Notes: generated by a model from the sequence alone, not told the origin. A stretch of DNA of 64,000 bases from Chloroflexota bacterium (GCA_964291655.2 OZ219802.1:1856001-1920000), one strand, 5' to 3'. Counted from the first letter of the stretch, positions 1 to 9,934 are shown. Made by a program: numbers and translations.

Positions 1-119
1 TCCGTACGAAATCCGGCGCGGGTTGCGGCACTACGCTATCGGATCGCAGGTTACAAACCTGCGCTACCAGACCGCAAGTTGCGGAACTACGCTTCCGAAT
101 CGCAGGTTTCAAACCTGCG

Positions 120-794
120 CTACTGGGTTTCCATCTCTTGCCGGGCTTGCATAATGGCCGCCCGCATCGCTCGCGTCGCTGCCGTTACACGTTCGAATTC
201 ACCGTCCAAACGCTGCCAATCCAGCAGTCCCGCACCGACGCCGAGCGCCAAGGCGCCGCTCTTGATGTATGTTCCGGCGTTCTCGAAAGTGATCCCACCG
301 GTCGGCAGTAAAGGAATCTGACCAAAGGGGCCTTGCAGGTCCCTGAAGAACTGCGGTCCGACAATATTGGCGGGAAATACTTTTACGATGTCCGCGCCTG
401 CCCGCAGAGCGGTGAACACCTCCGTGGGCGTGAATGCGCCGGGTACCACCATGCAGTCGTGCTCGTTGGCAAATGCCACGATCGCGGTATCAAGGTGCGG
501 CGAGACGAAGAACTCCGCTCCGGCGGCCAGTGCTTGCTCGGCCTCCGCTACGGAGAGCACCGTACCTGCGCCAATCGCCATCTGCTCGCCCAGGCTCGCG
601 TGCAATTCGGCGATCATGTCCAGCGCGTGGGGCGTATTGAGCGTGATTTCCATCACGTTCACGTCCGCTGCCAGCAGCGCCTCGCCAATGTGCACCGCCC
701 ACTCAGGAGGCACGCCCCGGATGATCATGACCATTCCGGCTGCCTCGGTGCGCGCTACCTGCGCCTGCGCGCGGGTGCGCTGGAGTGTCTGCAT
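120..794 (-). CDS. eda: KDPG/KHG aldolase
   Basis: EIT, IGAGTV, FFVSPH, PGAFTPTE, VKVFPA (Schiff-base Lys) and PTGGI motifs. Confidence 0.9.
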   Translation of the reverse strand: MQTLQRTRAQAQVARTEAAGMVMIIRGVPPEWAVHIGEALLAADVNVMEITLNTPHALDMIAELHASLGEQMAIGAGTVLSVAEAEQALAAGAEFFVSPHLDTAIVAFANEHDCMVVPGAFTPTEVFTALRAGADIVKVFPANIVGPQFFRDLQGPFGQIPLLPTGGITFENAGTYIKSGALALGVGAGLLDWQRLDGEFERVTAATRAMRAAIMQARQEMETQ

Positions 795-1067
795 AGTGCT
801 GCCCTACTTGGGGTTCTTGCGTGCCGCCTCGGCGGTCTTCCGCCGCTTGTTGCTTCCTACTACTATAAACTACTCGCGGTCACTTTATGTGCTGTGCCGT
901 GGGCTTGGTCTGTTATGTTTGCATGCTTCTCCGGTCGAGACCTTTGTGCAACTTTGCGAGACAGTTTGATGTTGGCCGAGCCGGTATTTGTCCCCTTACC
1001 CCAGCCCTCTCCCCCAGGAGACCTTTGCAAAACCCCACTTTCAAGCAGGGGCACTCCCTCTCCTGGG

Positions 1068-2711
1068 GAGGGTGTCTCAAAAATAGATCTACTGGATATA
1101 TACTGGTGTGAAGAGAAGCAAGGTGAGGTTGTGGGATAGTTTGTAGAGAGGTAGTGACGATGCCGTTGAGACCGTTTAGTCGTGAACAGGCCTGGCTGTT
1201 GCCGCCGACGCTGGACGAACTGATCCCGGACGACCATCCTGTCAGGTTTGCGGCAGCGTTCGTGGACAGCCTCGATGCTGCGGCCTGGGAGGCGATGGAG
1301 ATTGACCTGCAAGGCGATCCGCGTGGCGCCGGGGCCTACCATCCGCGCGCGCTGCTGGGCGTATGGGTCTACGGCTTCATGACCGGCGTGCGCTCGAGCC
1401 GCAAGCTGGAGGCAGCCTGCCGGGATCAGGTACCGTACCTGTGGCTGGTGGGGATGCAGCAGCCGGACCACAACACGCTGTGGCGCTTCTACAAGGCGCA
1501 CCGCGACCGGATGCGGACGCTGCTCAAGCGCACGGTGCGCACGGCGGTGCGAGCCGGCCTGGTGGAGTTGGCAATCCAGGCGGTGGACGGCACCAGGATC
1601 GCGGCCAACGCCGGGACGCGGCATACCCACGACGCGCAGGGGCTGCAGCGGCTGTTGTCCCGCACCGAGCAAGCGATCGCGGACCTGGAGGCGCAGAACG
1701 CCACGGGGGGCGACGCGCCGCCAGCGACTTTGCCGCAGGAACTTGCCGATGCCCAGGCCCTGCGGCGGCGGGTGGACGACGCGCTCGCCCGCGTCGCGGC
1801 TGAGGACGGGCCGCGCTACACGAACCTGACTGATGCGGACGCGGCCCTGCTCAAGACTGGCATGGGTGGCTTCATCACCGGCTACAACGCCCAGGCGCTG
1901 GTCTCCCCTCTTGCGTCCCCGGACGAGGGCGCAGGGGGGAGGTTGATCACAGCCGTGGACGTGAGCGCCAGTGCCGACGACCATCCCCACCTGGCGCCGC
2001 TGATCGAGGCGGCGCAGGAGAACATCGACGCCGCGCGGGACGTGGTGACCGTTGCGGACGCCGGCTACCATTCGGGGGCCAACCTCGCCACGTGCCACGC
2101 CGGCGGCCACACGGTATTGATGCCCACGACCCACGAGCGCAGACGCCGCAACCCCTACCATAAAGACCACTTCACCTACCGTCCAGAGACCGACACCTAC
2201 CTGTGTCCCCAGCAAAAGGTGCTCACCTACACGCACCGCTTGACCCACAGCAACGGCTACCGGGTCAAGCGGTACCAAGCCAACGGCCGGGACTGCAGAA
2301 CCTGTCCGGCCTTCGGCGTCTGCACCTCCTCCCAGAGGGGCCGCTCCATAAAGATCAGCGCCTACGAGCCAATACTGCAACGGCACAGGCAGTTGATGGC
2401 CACCGCGCCTGCCAAGCAGGTGTACCGCCGCCGGAGTACCATCGTCGAGCCGGTCTTTGGCCTGCTCAAGGAGTGGCACAGTGCCAGGCGCTTCCTGCTC
2501 AGAGGCCGCAGCCACGTGACGTCCGAATGGCACCTGCTGGCCACCGCGTTCAATCTCAAGAGCCTCCACGCCCTGTGGCGGTCTGGGTGTAGTCCAGCGT
2601 CGCCCCGGGGACGAGTCTCTCACTGGCACCGTCTTGTTCATACCACCCGCCATCTGTCTGTCCTTCTCACCCCATTCACCGTGCCCCGCACCAAAATATT
2701 GAGACAGCCTC
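1068..2711 (+). mobile_element. IS1182-family insertion sequence, copy 1 (1644 bp)
   Basis: IRs GAGGGTGTCTCAAAA / TATTGAGACAGCCTC; TGGG duplicated on both sides; an empty-site equivalent is present near 42558-42594. Confidence 0.93.
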
Positions 2712-2839
2712 TGGGGGAGAGGGTTGGGGTGAGGGGGTCTCTTGTTACAATGGCCCTTTACGCTGGGCAGTGTCAAGACGTATCAGGGCAGATTCGGTGT
2801 GCACATGGAGAGACTTCAGGAAATTCACCCTCACCCTAG
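1154..2839 (+). CDS. IS1182-family DDE transposase
   Basis: LLPPTLDELIPDDHPVR, YHPRALL, SSRKLE, PDHNTL, AVDGT, GYNAQ, ADAGY, Cys-rich segment, VEPVFG; ORF runs past the right IR. Confidence 0.93.
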   Translation: MTMPLRPFSREQAWLLPPTLDELIPDDHPVRFAAAFVDSLDAAAWEAMEIDLQGDPRGAGAYHPRALLGVWVYGFMTGVRSSRKLEAACRDQVPYLWLVGMQQPDHNTLWRFYKAHRDRMRTLLKRTVRTAVRAGLVELAIQAVDGTRIAANAGTRHTHDAQGLQRLLSRTEQAIADLEAQNATGGDAPPATLPQELADAQALRRRVDDALARVAAEDGPRYTNLTDADAALLKTGMGGFITGYNAQALVSPLASPDEGAGGRLITAVDVSASADDHPHLAPLIEAAQENIDAARDVVTVADAGYHSGANLATCHAGGHTVLMPTTHERRRRNPYHKDHFTYRPETDTYLCPQQKVLTYTHRLTHSNGYRVKRYQANGRDCRTCPAFGVCTSSQRGRSIKISAYEPILQRHRQLMATAPAKQVYRRRSTIVEPVFGLLKEWHSARRFLLRGRSHVTSEWHLLATAFNLKSLHALWRSGCSPASPRGRVSHWHRLVHTTRHLSVLLTPFTVPRTKILRQPLGERVGVRGSLVTMALYAGQCQDVSGQIRCAHGETSGNSPSP

Positions 2840-3100
2840 CCCTCTCCCGTCGAGGGAGAGGGAACGTTCTCGCTTCCGCTTGGGTTTCGCAAAGGTCTCC
2901 CCAGGGAGAGGGAGTGGCTTTGGTCTGGTGGAAGCTATGCAAAGTGAAGGAGGTTTTTGCCTGGAGGCCCGATTTTAGCAAAGTTCTTCCAAGGAAGAGA
3001 CTATGAGTTTCGCGCTCTGTCCGCGTTTTTCCAGGGCCTTCCCAGTGTGATGGGGCTAGTCGCTTGACCTGGCCAGGTTATGCTAAGGTCTGCAAGCGGT

Positions 3101-3787
3101 CTACGGCGCGGCGCCGCAGGCTTCCAGGTGGCGGCGGAGGATCTTTTCCGCACGCTGGCGGATAGCGCGCACGGCTTGCGGGCTCACACCCATGCGCGCG
3201 GCGATATCCACCACGCGGCGGTCCTGCCAGTAGATGGCGTAGAGCACGGTTTTCTGCTTCGGCGTGAGCGCCTGCAGGGCTATTTCGAGCTCGGCGTGGA
3301 TGGCCGGTTCCGCCGTGGGCTTGCCTTTGCGCAAGCACTGCTCGGCGAGGTAGGCCGTAATCTCATCGCTGAGCGACTGGTTATGGGCGGGATCCGGCGG
3401 CGCGATGCGCCGGGAGGTGCGGCCGAAGTTGTGCACGCGCCACTTGAGCATGGTGCACATGTAGGCTTCGAAGTTGCCGTTGCGCCGGTAGTCGTACTCG
3501 TAGAGCAGCTCCAGAAAGAGGCGCTGCACCTCCTGGCGGGCGTCTTCAGCTTCCGAAGGCCGGAAGCTCCGCTTCAGACGCCGTATCTGGCGCTCCATGG
3601 GCAGGCGCAAGCGGTCCATGAGCAGCATCTGGGCGGTGGTGTTGCCCTGCTTTGCCGCTTGCACCGTGACGAACAGTTCGTCAGGCAGATTTTGCCCGCG
3701 GCGCGGCTGCGCGGGCGTGGGCTCTTTCGCCACAGGCGCCGCTTTTGCCAACGGCGTCGCATTCACTAAGGGCATTGTCGCTGCCAT
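3101..3787 (-). CDS. Sigma-70 family RNA polymerase sigma factor (regions 2 and 4)
   Basis: Region 2 EDARQEV..YDYRRNGNFEAYM; region 4 ALQALTPKQKTVL..IAARMGVSPQAVR; RBS AAGGAGAGG upstream. Confidence 0.85.
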   Translation of the reverse strand: MAATMPLVNATPLAKAAPVAKEPTPAQPRRGQNLPDELFVTVQAAKQGNTTAQMLLMDRLRLPMERQIRRLKRSFRPSEAEDARQEVQRLFLELLYEYDYRRNGNFEAYMCTMLKWRVHNFGRTSRRIAPPDPAHNQSLSDEITAYLAEQCLRKGKPTAEPAIHAELEIALQALTPKQKTVLYAIYWQDRRVVDIAARMGVSPQAVRAIRQRAEKILRRHLEACGAAP

Positions 3788-4043
3788 TGCTCTTTCCTCT
3801 CCTTCGTTAGCTGGAACGGTTTCTGGTATGTAACGTAGGGTCGTATTGCGTAGGATCGTTTGGTGCAGGGGCGCTGTAGGGGCGCTTCGCGAAGCGCCCC
3901 TACAGCGCCCCTACGGCGTCGGACGTTCATCCACATGTTGGGGATTTTCCCGTTCGTCCTTCGGTCCTTCGACAAGCTCAGGACGAACGGTACGTACCAT
4001 GCGCTCGGGATCCCTTGCTGTCGGCTCATGCTTACGGCTCCCC

Positions 4044-4670
4044 TCATGCGAACACGCGGATCACGCCCACCACCTTGCCGAGAATGGTGATGTTGTCGCC
4101 GGGGAGCGTCGGGTAGTACGGGTTGGCGGGCACGAGGAAGACCTGTCCGCCGTCGCGCTGGAGGTGCTTCAGCGTGGCGGTGCCGTCCTCGCGCAAGGCC
4201 GCCACCATCTCGCCGTTCTCCGCGGCGGGCTGGGGGCGAAGGAGCACGTGGTCGCCGTCGCAGACGCAGGCATCCACCATGCTGTCACCCTGCACGCGCA
4301 GCGCGTAGACGTCCGGGTGACGGGCGAAGACGCTATCCACGGTGAGCCAGTCTTCCACGGCCTCCACCGCTTCCACGCCGGTACCGGCGGCAATCGTGCC
4401 GCGCACCGGCACGCGCGCCACGCCCAAGCCCTCCAGCATCTGGACCTGGGGCGTCAGCTCGTAGCTGCCCCAGGCCGTGCGGCGCAGGTAGCCCTTGGTC
4501 TCCAAGCGCTTCAGGTGGTGGTGCGCCGCCGCCGGTGCGCGCGCGCCGATGCAGCGGGCAATCTCTTCCAAGGTGGGCCAGCGTCCCTCCTGCTGTATGC
4601 GCGTGACAAACGTCAGCACCTGCCGCTGCTTGCCGGTTAGTGGCTTACCCGTCGTATGCGTTTCCTTCAT
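4044..4670 (-). CDS. lexA: LexA-family repressor (wHTH + S24 peptidase)
   Basis: LTGKQRQVL..PTLEEIA wHTH, Ala-Gly cleavage site (IAAG), catalytic Ser (GDSM) and Lys (ATLK), NPYY, GKVVGVIR; ATG 4670 follows an RBS. May be a paralog rather than the host SOS repressor. Confidence 0.88.
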   Translation of the reverse strand: MKETHTTGKPLTGKQRQVLTFVTRIQQEGRWPTLEEIARCIGARAPAAAHHHLKRLETKGYLRRTAWGSYELTPQVQMLEGLGVARVPVRGTIAAGTGVEAVEAVEDWLTVDSVFARHPDVYALRVQGDSMVDACVCDGDHVLLRPQPAAENGEMVAALREDGTATLKHLQRDGGQVFLVPANPYYPTLPGDNITILGKVVGVIRVFA

Positions 4671-4882
4671 GTGCACCTTCCTCTCTGTCGCCAACTATCG
4701 CTAACGAATGAATCTGTCATCGGGTGTCTCCGGTGTGGGAAACCTTTACACAACTCAAGCCGGTAAGTGAGAAGATCCCCTCACCCTAACCCTCTCCCCC
4801 AGGAGAGGGAACCGGAGCCGCTCCATGTTTGCTCGGTTCCGTACTCTGCACTCTCTCCTGGGAGAGAGGAAACCGGAGCGGC

Positions 4883-6481
4883 TCAATGTTTGCTTGGTTC
4901 CGTACTCTGCTCCCTCTCCTGGGGAGGCTGTCTCAATATTTTGGTGCGGGGCACGGTGAATGGGGTGAGAAGGACAGACAGATGGCGGGTGGTATGAACA
5001 AGACGGTGCCAGTGAGAGACTCGTCCCCGGGGCGACGCTGGACTACACCCAGACCGCCACAGGGCGTGGAGGCTCTTGAGATTGAACGCGGTGGCCAGCA
5101 GGTGCCATTCGGACGTCACGTGGCTGCGGCCTCTGAGCAGGAAGCGCCTGGCACTGTGCCACTCCTTGAGCAGGCCAAAGACCGGCTCGACGATGGTACT
5201 CCGGCGGCGGTACACCTGCTTGGCAGGCGCGGTGGCCATCAACTGCCTGTGCCGTTGCAGTATTGGCTCGTAGGCGCTGATCTTTATGGAGCGGCCCCTC
5301 TGGGAGGAGGTGCAGACGCCGAAGGCCGGACAGGTTCTGCAGTCCCGGCCGTTGGCTTGGTACCGCTTGACCCGGTAGCCGTTGCTGTGGGTCAAGCGGT
5401 GCGTGTAGGTGAGCACCTTTTGCTGGGGACACAGGTAGGTGTCGGTCTCTGGACGGTAGGTGAAGTGGTCTTTATGGTAGGGGTTGCGGCGTCTGCGCTC
5501 GTGGGTCGTGGGCATCAATACCGTGTGGCCGCCGGCGTGGCACGTGGCGAGGTTGGCCCCCGAATGGTAGCCGGCGTCCGCAACGGTCACCACGTCCCGC
5601 GCGGCGTCGATGTTCTCCTGCGCCGCCTCGATCAGCGGCGCCAGGTGGGGATGGTCGTCGGCACTGGCGCTCACGTCCACGGCTGTGATCAACCTCCCCC
5701 CTGCGCCCTCGTCCGGGGACGCAAGAGGGGAGACCAGCGCCTGGGCGTTGTAGCCGGTGATGAAGCCACCCATGCCAGTCTTGAGCAGGGCCGCGTCCGC
5801 ATCAGTCAGGTTCGTGTAGCGCGGCCCGTCCTCAGCCGCGACGCGGGCGAGCGCGTCGTCCACCCGCCGCCGCAGGGCCTGGGCATCGGCAAGTTCCTGC
5901 GGCAAAGTCGCTGGCGGCGCGTCGCCCCCCGTGGCGTTCTGCGCCTCCAGGTCCGCGATCGCTTGCTCGGTGCGGGACAACAGCCGCTGCAGCCCCTGCG
6001 CGTCGTGGGTATGCCGCGTCCCGGCGTTGGCCGCGATCCTGGTGCCGTCCACCGCCTGGATTGCCAACTCCACCAGGCCGGCTCGCACCGCCGTGCGCAC
6101 CGTGCGCTTGAGCAGCGTCCGCATCCGGTCGCGGTGCGCCTTGTAGAAGCGCCACAGCGTGTTGTGGTCCGGCTGCTGCATCCCCACCAGCCACAGGTAC
6201 GGTACCTGATCCCGGCAGGCTGCCTCCAGCTTGCGGCTCGAGCGCACGCCGGTCATGAAGCCGTAGACCCATACGCCCAGCAGCGCGCGCGGATGGTAGG
6301 CCCCGGCGCCACGCGGATCGCCTTGCAGGTCAATCTCCATCGCCTCCCAGGCCGCAGCATCGAGGCTGTCCACGAACGCTGCCGCAAACCTGACAGGATG
6401 GTCGTCCGGGATCAGTTCGTCCAGCGTCGGCGGCAACAGCCAGGCCTGTTCACGACTAAACGGTCTCAACGGCATCGTCAC
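4883..6481 (-). CDS. IS1182-family transposase
   Basis: Identical to 1154..2839 up to ..KILRQP, then a different tail. Confidence 0.93.
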   Translation of the reverse strand: MTMPLRPFSREQAWLLPPTLDELIPDDHPVRFAAAFVDSLDAAAWEAMEIDLQGDPRGAGAYHPRALLGVWVYGFMTGVRSSRKLEAACRDQVPYLWLVGMQQPDHNTLWRFYKAHRDRMRTLLKRTVRTAVRAGLVELAIQAVDGTRIAANAGTRHTHDAQGLQRLLSRTEQAIADLEAQNATGGDAPPATLPQELADAQALRRRVDDALARVAAEDGPRYTNLTDADAALLKTGMGGFITGYNAQALVSPLASPDEGAGGRLITAVDVSASADDHPHLAPLIEAAQENIDAARDVVTVADAGYHSGANLATCHAGGHTVLMPTTHERRRRNPYHKDHFTYRPETDTYLCPQQKVLTYTHRLTHSNGYRVKRYQANGRDCRTCPAFGVCTSSQRGRSIKISAYEPILQRHRQLMATAPAKQVYRRRSTIVEPVFGLLKEWHSARRFLLRGRSHVTSEWHLLATAFNLKSLHALWRSGCSPASPRGRVSHWHRLVHTTRHLSVLLTPFTVPRTKILRQPPQEREQSTEPSKH

Positions 6482-6567
6482 TACCTCTCTACAAACTATC
6501 CCACCACCTCACCTTGCTTCTCTTCACACCAGTATATATCCAGTAGATCTATTTTTGAGACACCCTC
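4924..6567 (-). mobile_element. IS1182-family insertion sequence, copy 2 (1644 bp)
   Basis: Near-identical to copy 1, inverted; sits in the hairpin loop; flanks TGGG / TTGG. Confidence 0.93.
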
Positions 6568-7009
6568 TTGGGGAGAGGGCTGGGGTGAGGGCGAATCTTC
6601 ACCGTTCCAGCCCAATTCCGCGTGCTCGTTAGAGTTGCGCAAAGCTCTCCTGAGGGAAAGAGGGTTTTCCTTGCTGCCACAAGGCAAGCCGTAGCGCGGG
6701 GGACAAACCCTCCGCTGCCCCGTGCTCCGACACGGGACAGGCTTGGAGTCAAGGGTAAACACCGTCTTGGCCTAGTCATCGGCAACGGCCACATCATCAT
6801 AAGGTTCCTCTCTGTCGCGCCGCTGCAGCCTGTTCCCCCAGCACAACACCTACCAGTCCTCCCCTGTTCTCGTGCACTGTGGTTCCCTCGACACCACCGT
6901 TCACCCTTCGACAGGCCTGTACTGAGCTTGTCGAAGTGCTCAGGGCGAACGGTGAGCCACGCCATCGGCACCTGCCAGACCTCCCGTGTTCGCGTCCCCT
7001 GCACGGCGT

Positions 7010-7095
7010 TTTTCCCAGTATAGTAAATACTTTGTAAAATTACAACCCCTTTTACCCCTTAATTTTTACATTATTTTTGAATATAACTCTATGCA
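7010..7095. promoter_or_regulatory. AT-rich putative promoter/operator region upstream of the virion module
   Basis: Sharp AT-rich island; palindrome TTGTAA-AA-TTACAA at 7032-7045. Confidence 0.45.
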
Positions 7096-7305
7096 GCCCC
7101 AAAATCACGGGAAACACACTTCCCACTGCCGTCTACCCACTCCCGAAACGCCTGGCAAAGCACGCGCTCCGCGGCGATGTATGCACGCCACACCCTGAGC
7201 GCGCGGCTCTATGGAGAGGAAAAGAGCACGGCCGGGGGTACACAGAAAACCGCACTTTCAACCAAAGCACACGTGCCTTGCCATGACGCAAAGGAAAACA
7301 CCCAG

Positions 7306-7671
7306 GTGACCCAAAACCAGAAGCACGCCAAGAGCCTCTACGCCGATCTCCTCACCGAGCAGGAACTGGCAGCGCTGGAGCGCACCGCCGACAATCCCCT
7401 GCTCCAGGACGAGATTGGCCTGCTGCGCATGCTCATCCGCCGCATCGCAGCCCAGTTGCTCACCGCCGAAGACGATGAACGCGCGCCGGCGGACAAGATC
7501 AAGGCGGTCAAAGACCTGACGGACATCCTCCTCAACGCCCTGAAGGCGCGCCACCAGCTCTCGCCCCGAGCGGAAGACAACCTGACTGAGGCGATGCGTC
7601 AGGTGGTTGCCGAGATCGAATCGCTGGAACGACAGGAAGAGAAAGCGCAGGAACACCACCATGCTGAATGA
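7306..7671 (+). CDS. Putative terminase small subunit-like protein
   Basis: GTG start after AAGGA; helical, with LY..L...LQDEIGLLR..IRR pattern; two genes upstream of TerL. Confidence 0.55.
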   Translation: MTQNQKHAKSLYADLLTEQELAALERTADNPLLQDEIGLLRMLIRRIAAQLLTAEDDERAPADKIKAVKDLTDILLNALKARHQLSPRAEDNLTEAMRQVVAEIESLERQEEKAQEHHHAE

Positions 7672-7903
7672 AACACCGACACAGACGCCCAGGCAGCACG
7701 ACGCGCACTTCCACAAACTGGCAGACGATCTGGACCGGCACGGCTGCGCTTTCGGCCAGGTGACGCGCGAGTTGGCTGAGAACACGCGGGAGGACTATGC
7801 CCGGCTGGAAGCCAAGATCAACATCATCCTGATCGGCATCTTTGCTTCGCCGTTTGCCGCGGCTTTTCTCAACGGCATCCTCCGCAGCGTGCCGGGCCAG
7901 TAG
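7661..7903 (+). CDS. Small coiled-coil protein with C-terminal TM helix (holin/XhlA-like?)
   Basis: 80 aa; YARLEAKIN followed by IILIGIFASPFAAAFL; overlaps the upstream stop. Confidence 0.5.
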   Translation: MLNETPTQTPRQHDAHFHKLADDLDRHGCAFGQVTRELAENTREDYARLEAKINIILIGIFASPFAAAFLNGILRSVPGQ

Positions 7904-7919
7904 AGGCGCACATTCTTAT

Positions 7920-9476
7920 ATGAAGACGAACGTTCAAGCAAAGCAGCGTGAGTGCCGCGAGAGCGGCACATTCGGCCTATCCGAGCCATCTCGCGGAGAA
8001 GAACCGGACTCGCTTGCCCGTACCTTCTTCCGCTACACCCTCAGCGACATTGCCTATTTTTCCCGTGTGCTCGTGGGGCGGCCTTTGCGGTCCTACCAGT
8101 TGGCGGTGGCACGGGCGGTGCTTGCGAGTGTGCGGCAACGTGAAGGGGCAATCTTCACCGTAGAGATGGCGCGGCAGATGGGGAAGAACGAGCTATCCGC
8201 TCATCTGGAAGCCTACCTGTTGTATCGCCATCAACAGCGCGGCGGCACTATCGTCAAATGCGCGCCCACGCTCAGCCCCCAGACCCTTGTCTCCCGCCTG
8301 CGCCTTGAATCCGTGCTGGACCGTCCCTGGCTGGCGCCCTATTGGCAGCGCGCCCACGGCTACATGGTCGCGGTCGGCAAGGCGCGGGTGATGTTCCTCT
8401 CAGCCCACGAGCAGTCCAATGTCGTCGGCGCGACTGCCGATCTGCTGCTGGAAGTCGACGAAGCTCAGGACGTGGACGAGGAGAAATTCGCCAAAGAATT
8501 CCTGCCCATGGCGACGGCGCAGAATGCCACCATCGTGCTCTACGGCACGCCCTGGACGCAAGACACGCTCCTCGCCAAGTACAAGGCGCTGAACCTCGCG
8601 CATGAAGAAAACACCGGCGAGCGGCGGCACTTCTCGTTTCCGTGGCAGGTGGGCGCGCGGGAAAATCCGCGCTACGGCGCGGCGGTTAAGGCGCAGATTC
8701 GCCAGCGCGGGGAGGACGACCTGGTCATCCGCACCCAGTACTGCCTGGAGGAAGTGGACGACGCCACGGGCTTTTTCACCCCGCCGCTGCAGGCGGCCCT
8801 GCAAGGCACGCACGCGCGACAGCAGCAACCGCAGGCGGATGCGCATTACGTGGCAGCCGTGGACGTGGCCGGCGAGGATGCTGTTGGGGCAAATCAACAA
8901 GGCCGTCAGTCGCGGCGCGACAGCACGGTGGTCTTGATCGGCGAGCGAATCTGGCGGCACGACCCGGTGTTGGGGTTCGCCCTGCCCGCGGTCAACGTGG
9001 TGAATGCCTACCAGTGGACCGGCCTGCCCACCACCGAGCAGTACGCCCGCCTCGTGCGCTTGCTCGGTGAAGAGTGGCGGGTGCAACGGGCAATGACTGA
9101 CGCCACCGGCATCGGAGATGCACTGGCGCGTTTCTTGCAAGCGCGGCTGGGTGAGGACCGCATCGAGCCGTTTACGTTTACGGCGCAATCTAAGAGCGCC
9201 TTGGGCTACGACCTGCGCACCCTCGCCGGCAGCGGACGCCTGCAACTCTGGGCGGATGACGGCTCGGCGGAATACCGGGAGTGCTGGCATCAGGTGCGAC
9301 GCTGCCAATTGGCGCTGCATCCCGGCAACCGGATTGGATTCCATGTACCCGCCGGTCAGGGGCACGACGACTACGTGTCGGCCTTGGCACTGCTCACGCG
9401 CACGGTTGAGGCCGGCGCGCCACCTGCCGTATCGGTCGCGCTGCCGCCGGAAGAGAGGGAGACGGAGGGGTATTGA
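7920..9476 (+). CDS. Terminase large subunit
   Basis: Q motif LRSYQ, Walker A MARQMGKNE, Walker B LLEVDEAQ, motif III YGTP, RNase H-fold nuclease VAAVDVAG..DST..DATGIG..HDDYVSA; start uncertain. Confidence 0.88.
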   Translation: MKTNVQAKQRECRESGTFGLSEPSRGEEPDSLARTFFRYTLSDIAYFSRVLVGRPLRSYQLAVARAVLASVRQREGAIFTVEMARQMGKNELSAHLEAYLLYRHQQRGGTIVKCAPTLSPQTLVSRLRLESVLDRPWLAPYWQRAHGYMVAVGKARVMFLSAHEQSNVVGATADLLLEVDEAQDVDEEKFAKEFLPMATAQNATIVLYGTPWTQDTLLAKYKALNLAHEENTGERRHFSFPWQVGARENPRYGAAVKAQIRQRGEDDLVIRTQYCLEEVDDATGFFTPPLQAALQGTHARQQQPQADAHYVAAVDVAGEDAVGANQQGRQSRRDSTVVLIGERIWRHDPVLGFALPAVNVVNAYQWTGLPTTEQYARLVRLLGEEWRVQRAMTDATGIGDALARFLQARLGEDRIEPFTFTAQSKSALGYDLRTLAGSGRLQLWADDGSAEYRECWHQVRRCQLALHPGNRIGFHVPAGQGHDDYVSALALLTRTVEAGAPPAVSVALPPEERETEGY

Positions 9477-9512
9477 TGTGGGATTTGGGTCCTGTCCCAA
9501 TCAACCACGGCA

Positions 9513-9934
9513 GATTGGCGACCCCCGGGCGCAGGTTGCAAACCTGCGCTACCGGTCCGTCACTCCGGCGAAAGCCGGAGTCCAGTCAGAGGCGGGACGG
9601 AAGGATCGTAGCGCGGAGGCATGCCTCCCGCTTGGAGACCGGGGACGCAGGTTGCAAACCTGCGCTACCGGTCCGTCACTCCGGCGAAAGCCGGAGTCCA
9701 GGGGGGAGGCGGGACGGAAGGATCGTAGCGCGGGGGCATGCCTCCCGCTTGGCGACCGGGGACGCAGGTTGCAAACCTGCGCTACCGGTCCGTCACTCCG
9801 GCGAAAGCCGGAGTCCAGGGGGAGGCGGGGTGGAAGGATCGTAGCGCGGGGGCATGCCTCCCGCTTGGCGACCCCGGACGCAGGTTGCAGACCAGCGCTA
9901 CCGGTTCGTCACTCCGGCGAAAGCCGGAGTCCAG
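9513..9934. repeat. Tandem BIME-like array, ~116-117 bp unit x ~3.6
   Basis: GCAGGTTGCA(A/G)ACC recurs at 9531, 9647, 9764, 9880; each unit also has GTCACTCCGGCGAAAGCCGGAGTCC, and the first three a GTAGCGCGG REP. Confidence 0.9.

Larger units (their letters stand above)
1018..2899. mobile_element. MITE with GAGACCTTTGC(A/G)AAACCC terminal inverted repeats, carrying nested IS1182 copy 1
   Basis: Left IR starts at 1018 and right IR ends at 2899. CCCAG is duplicated at 1013-1017 and 2900-2904, in the loop of a CCCTCTCC/GGAGAGGG hairpin. Confidence 0.75.
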
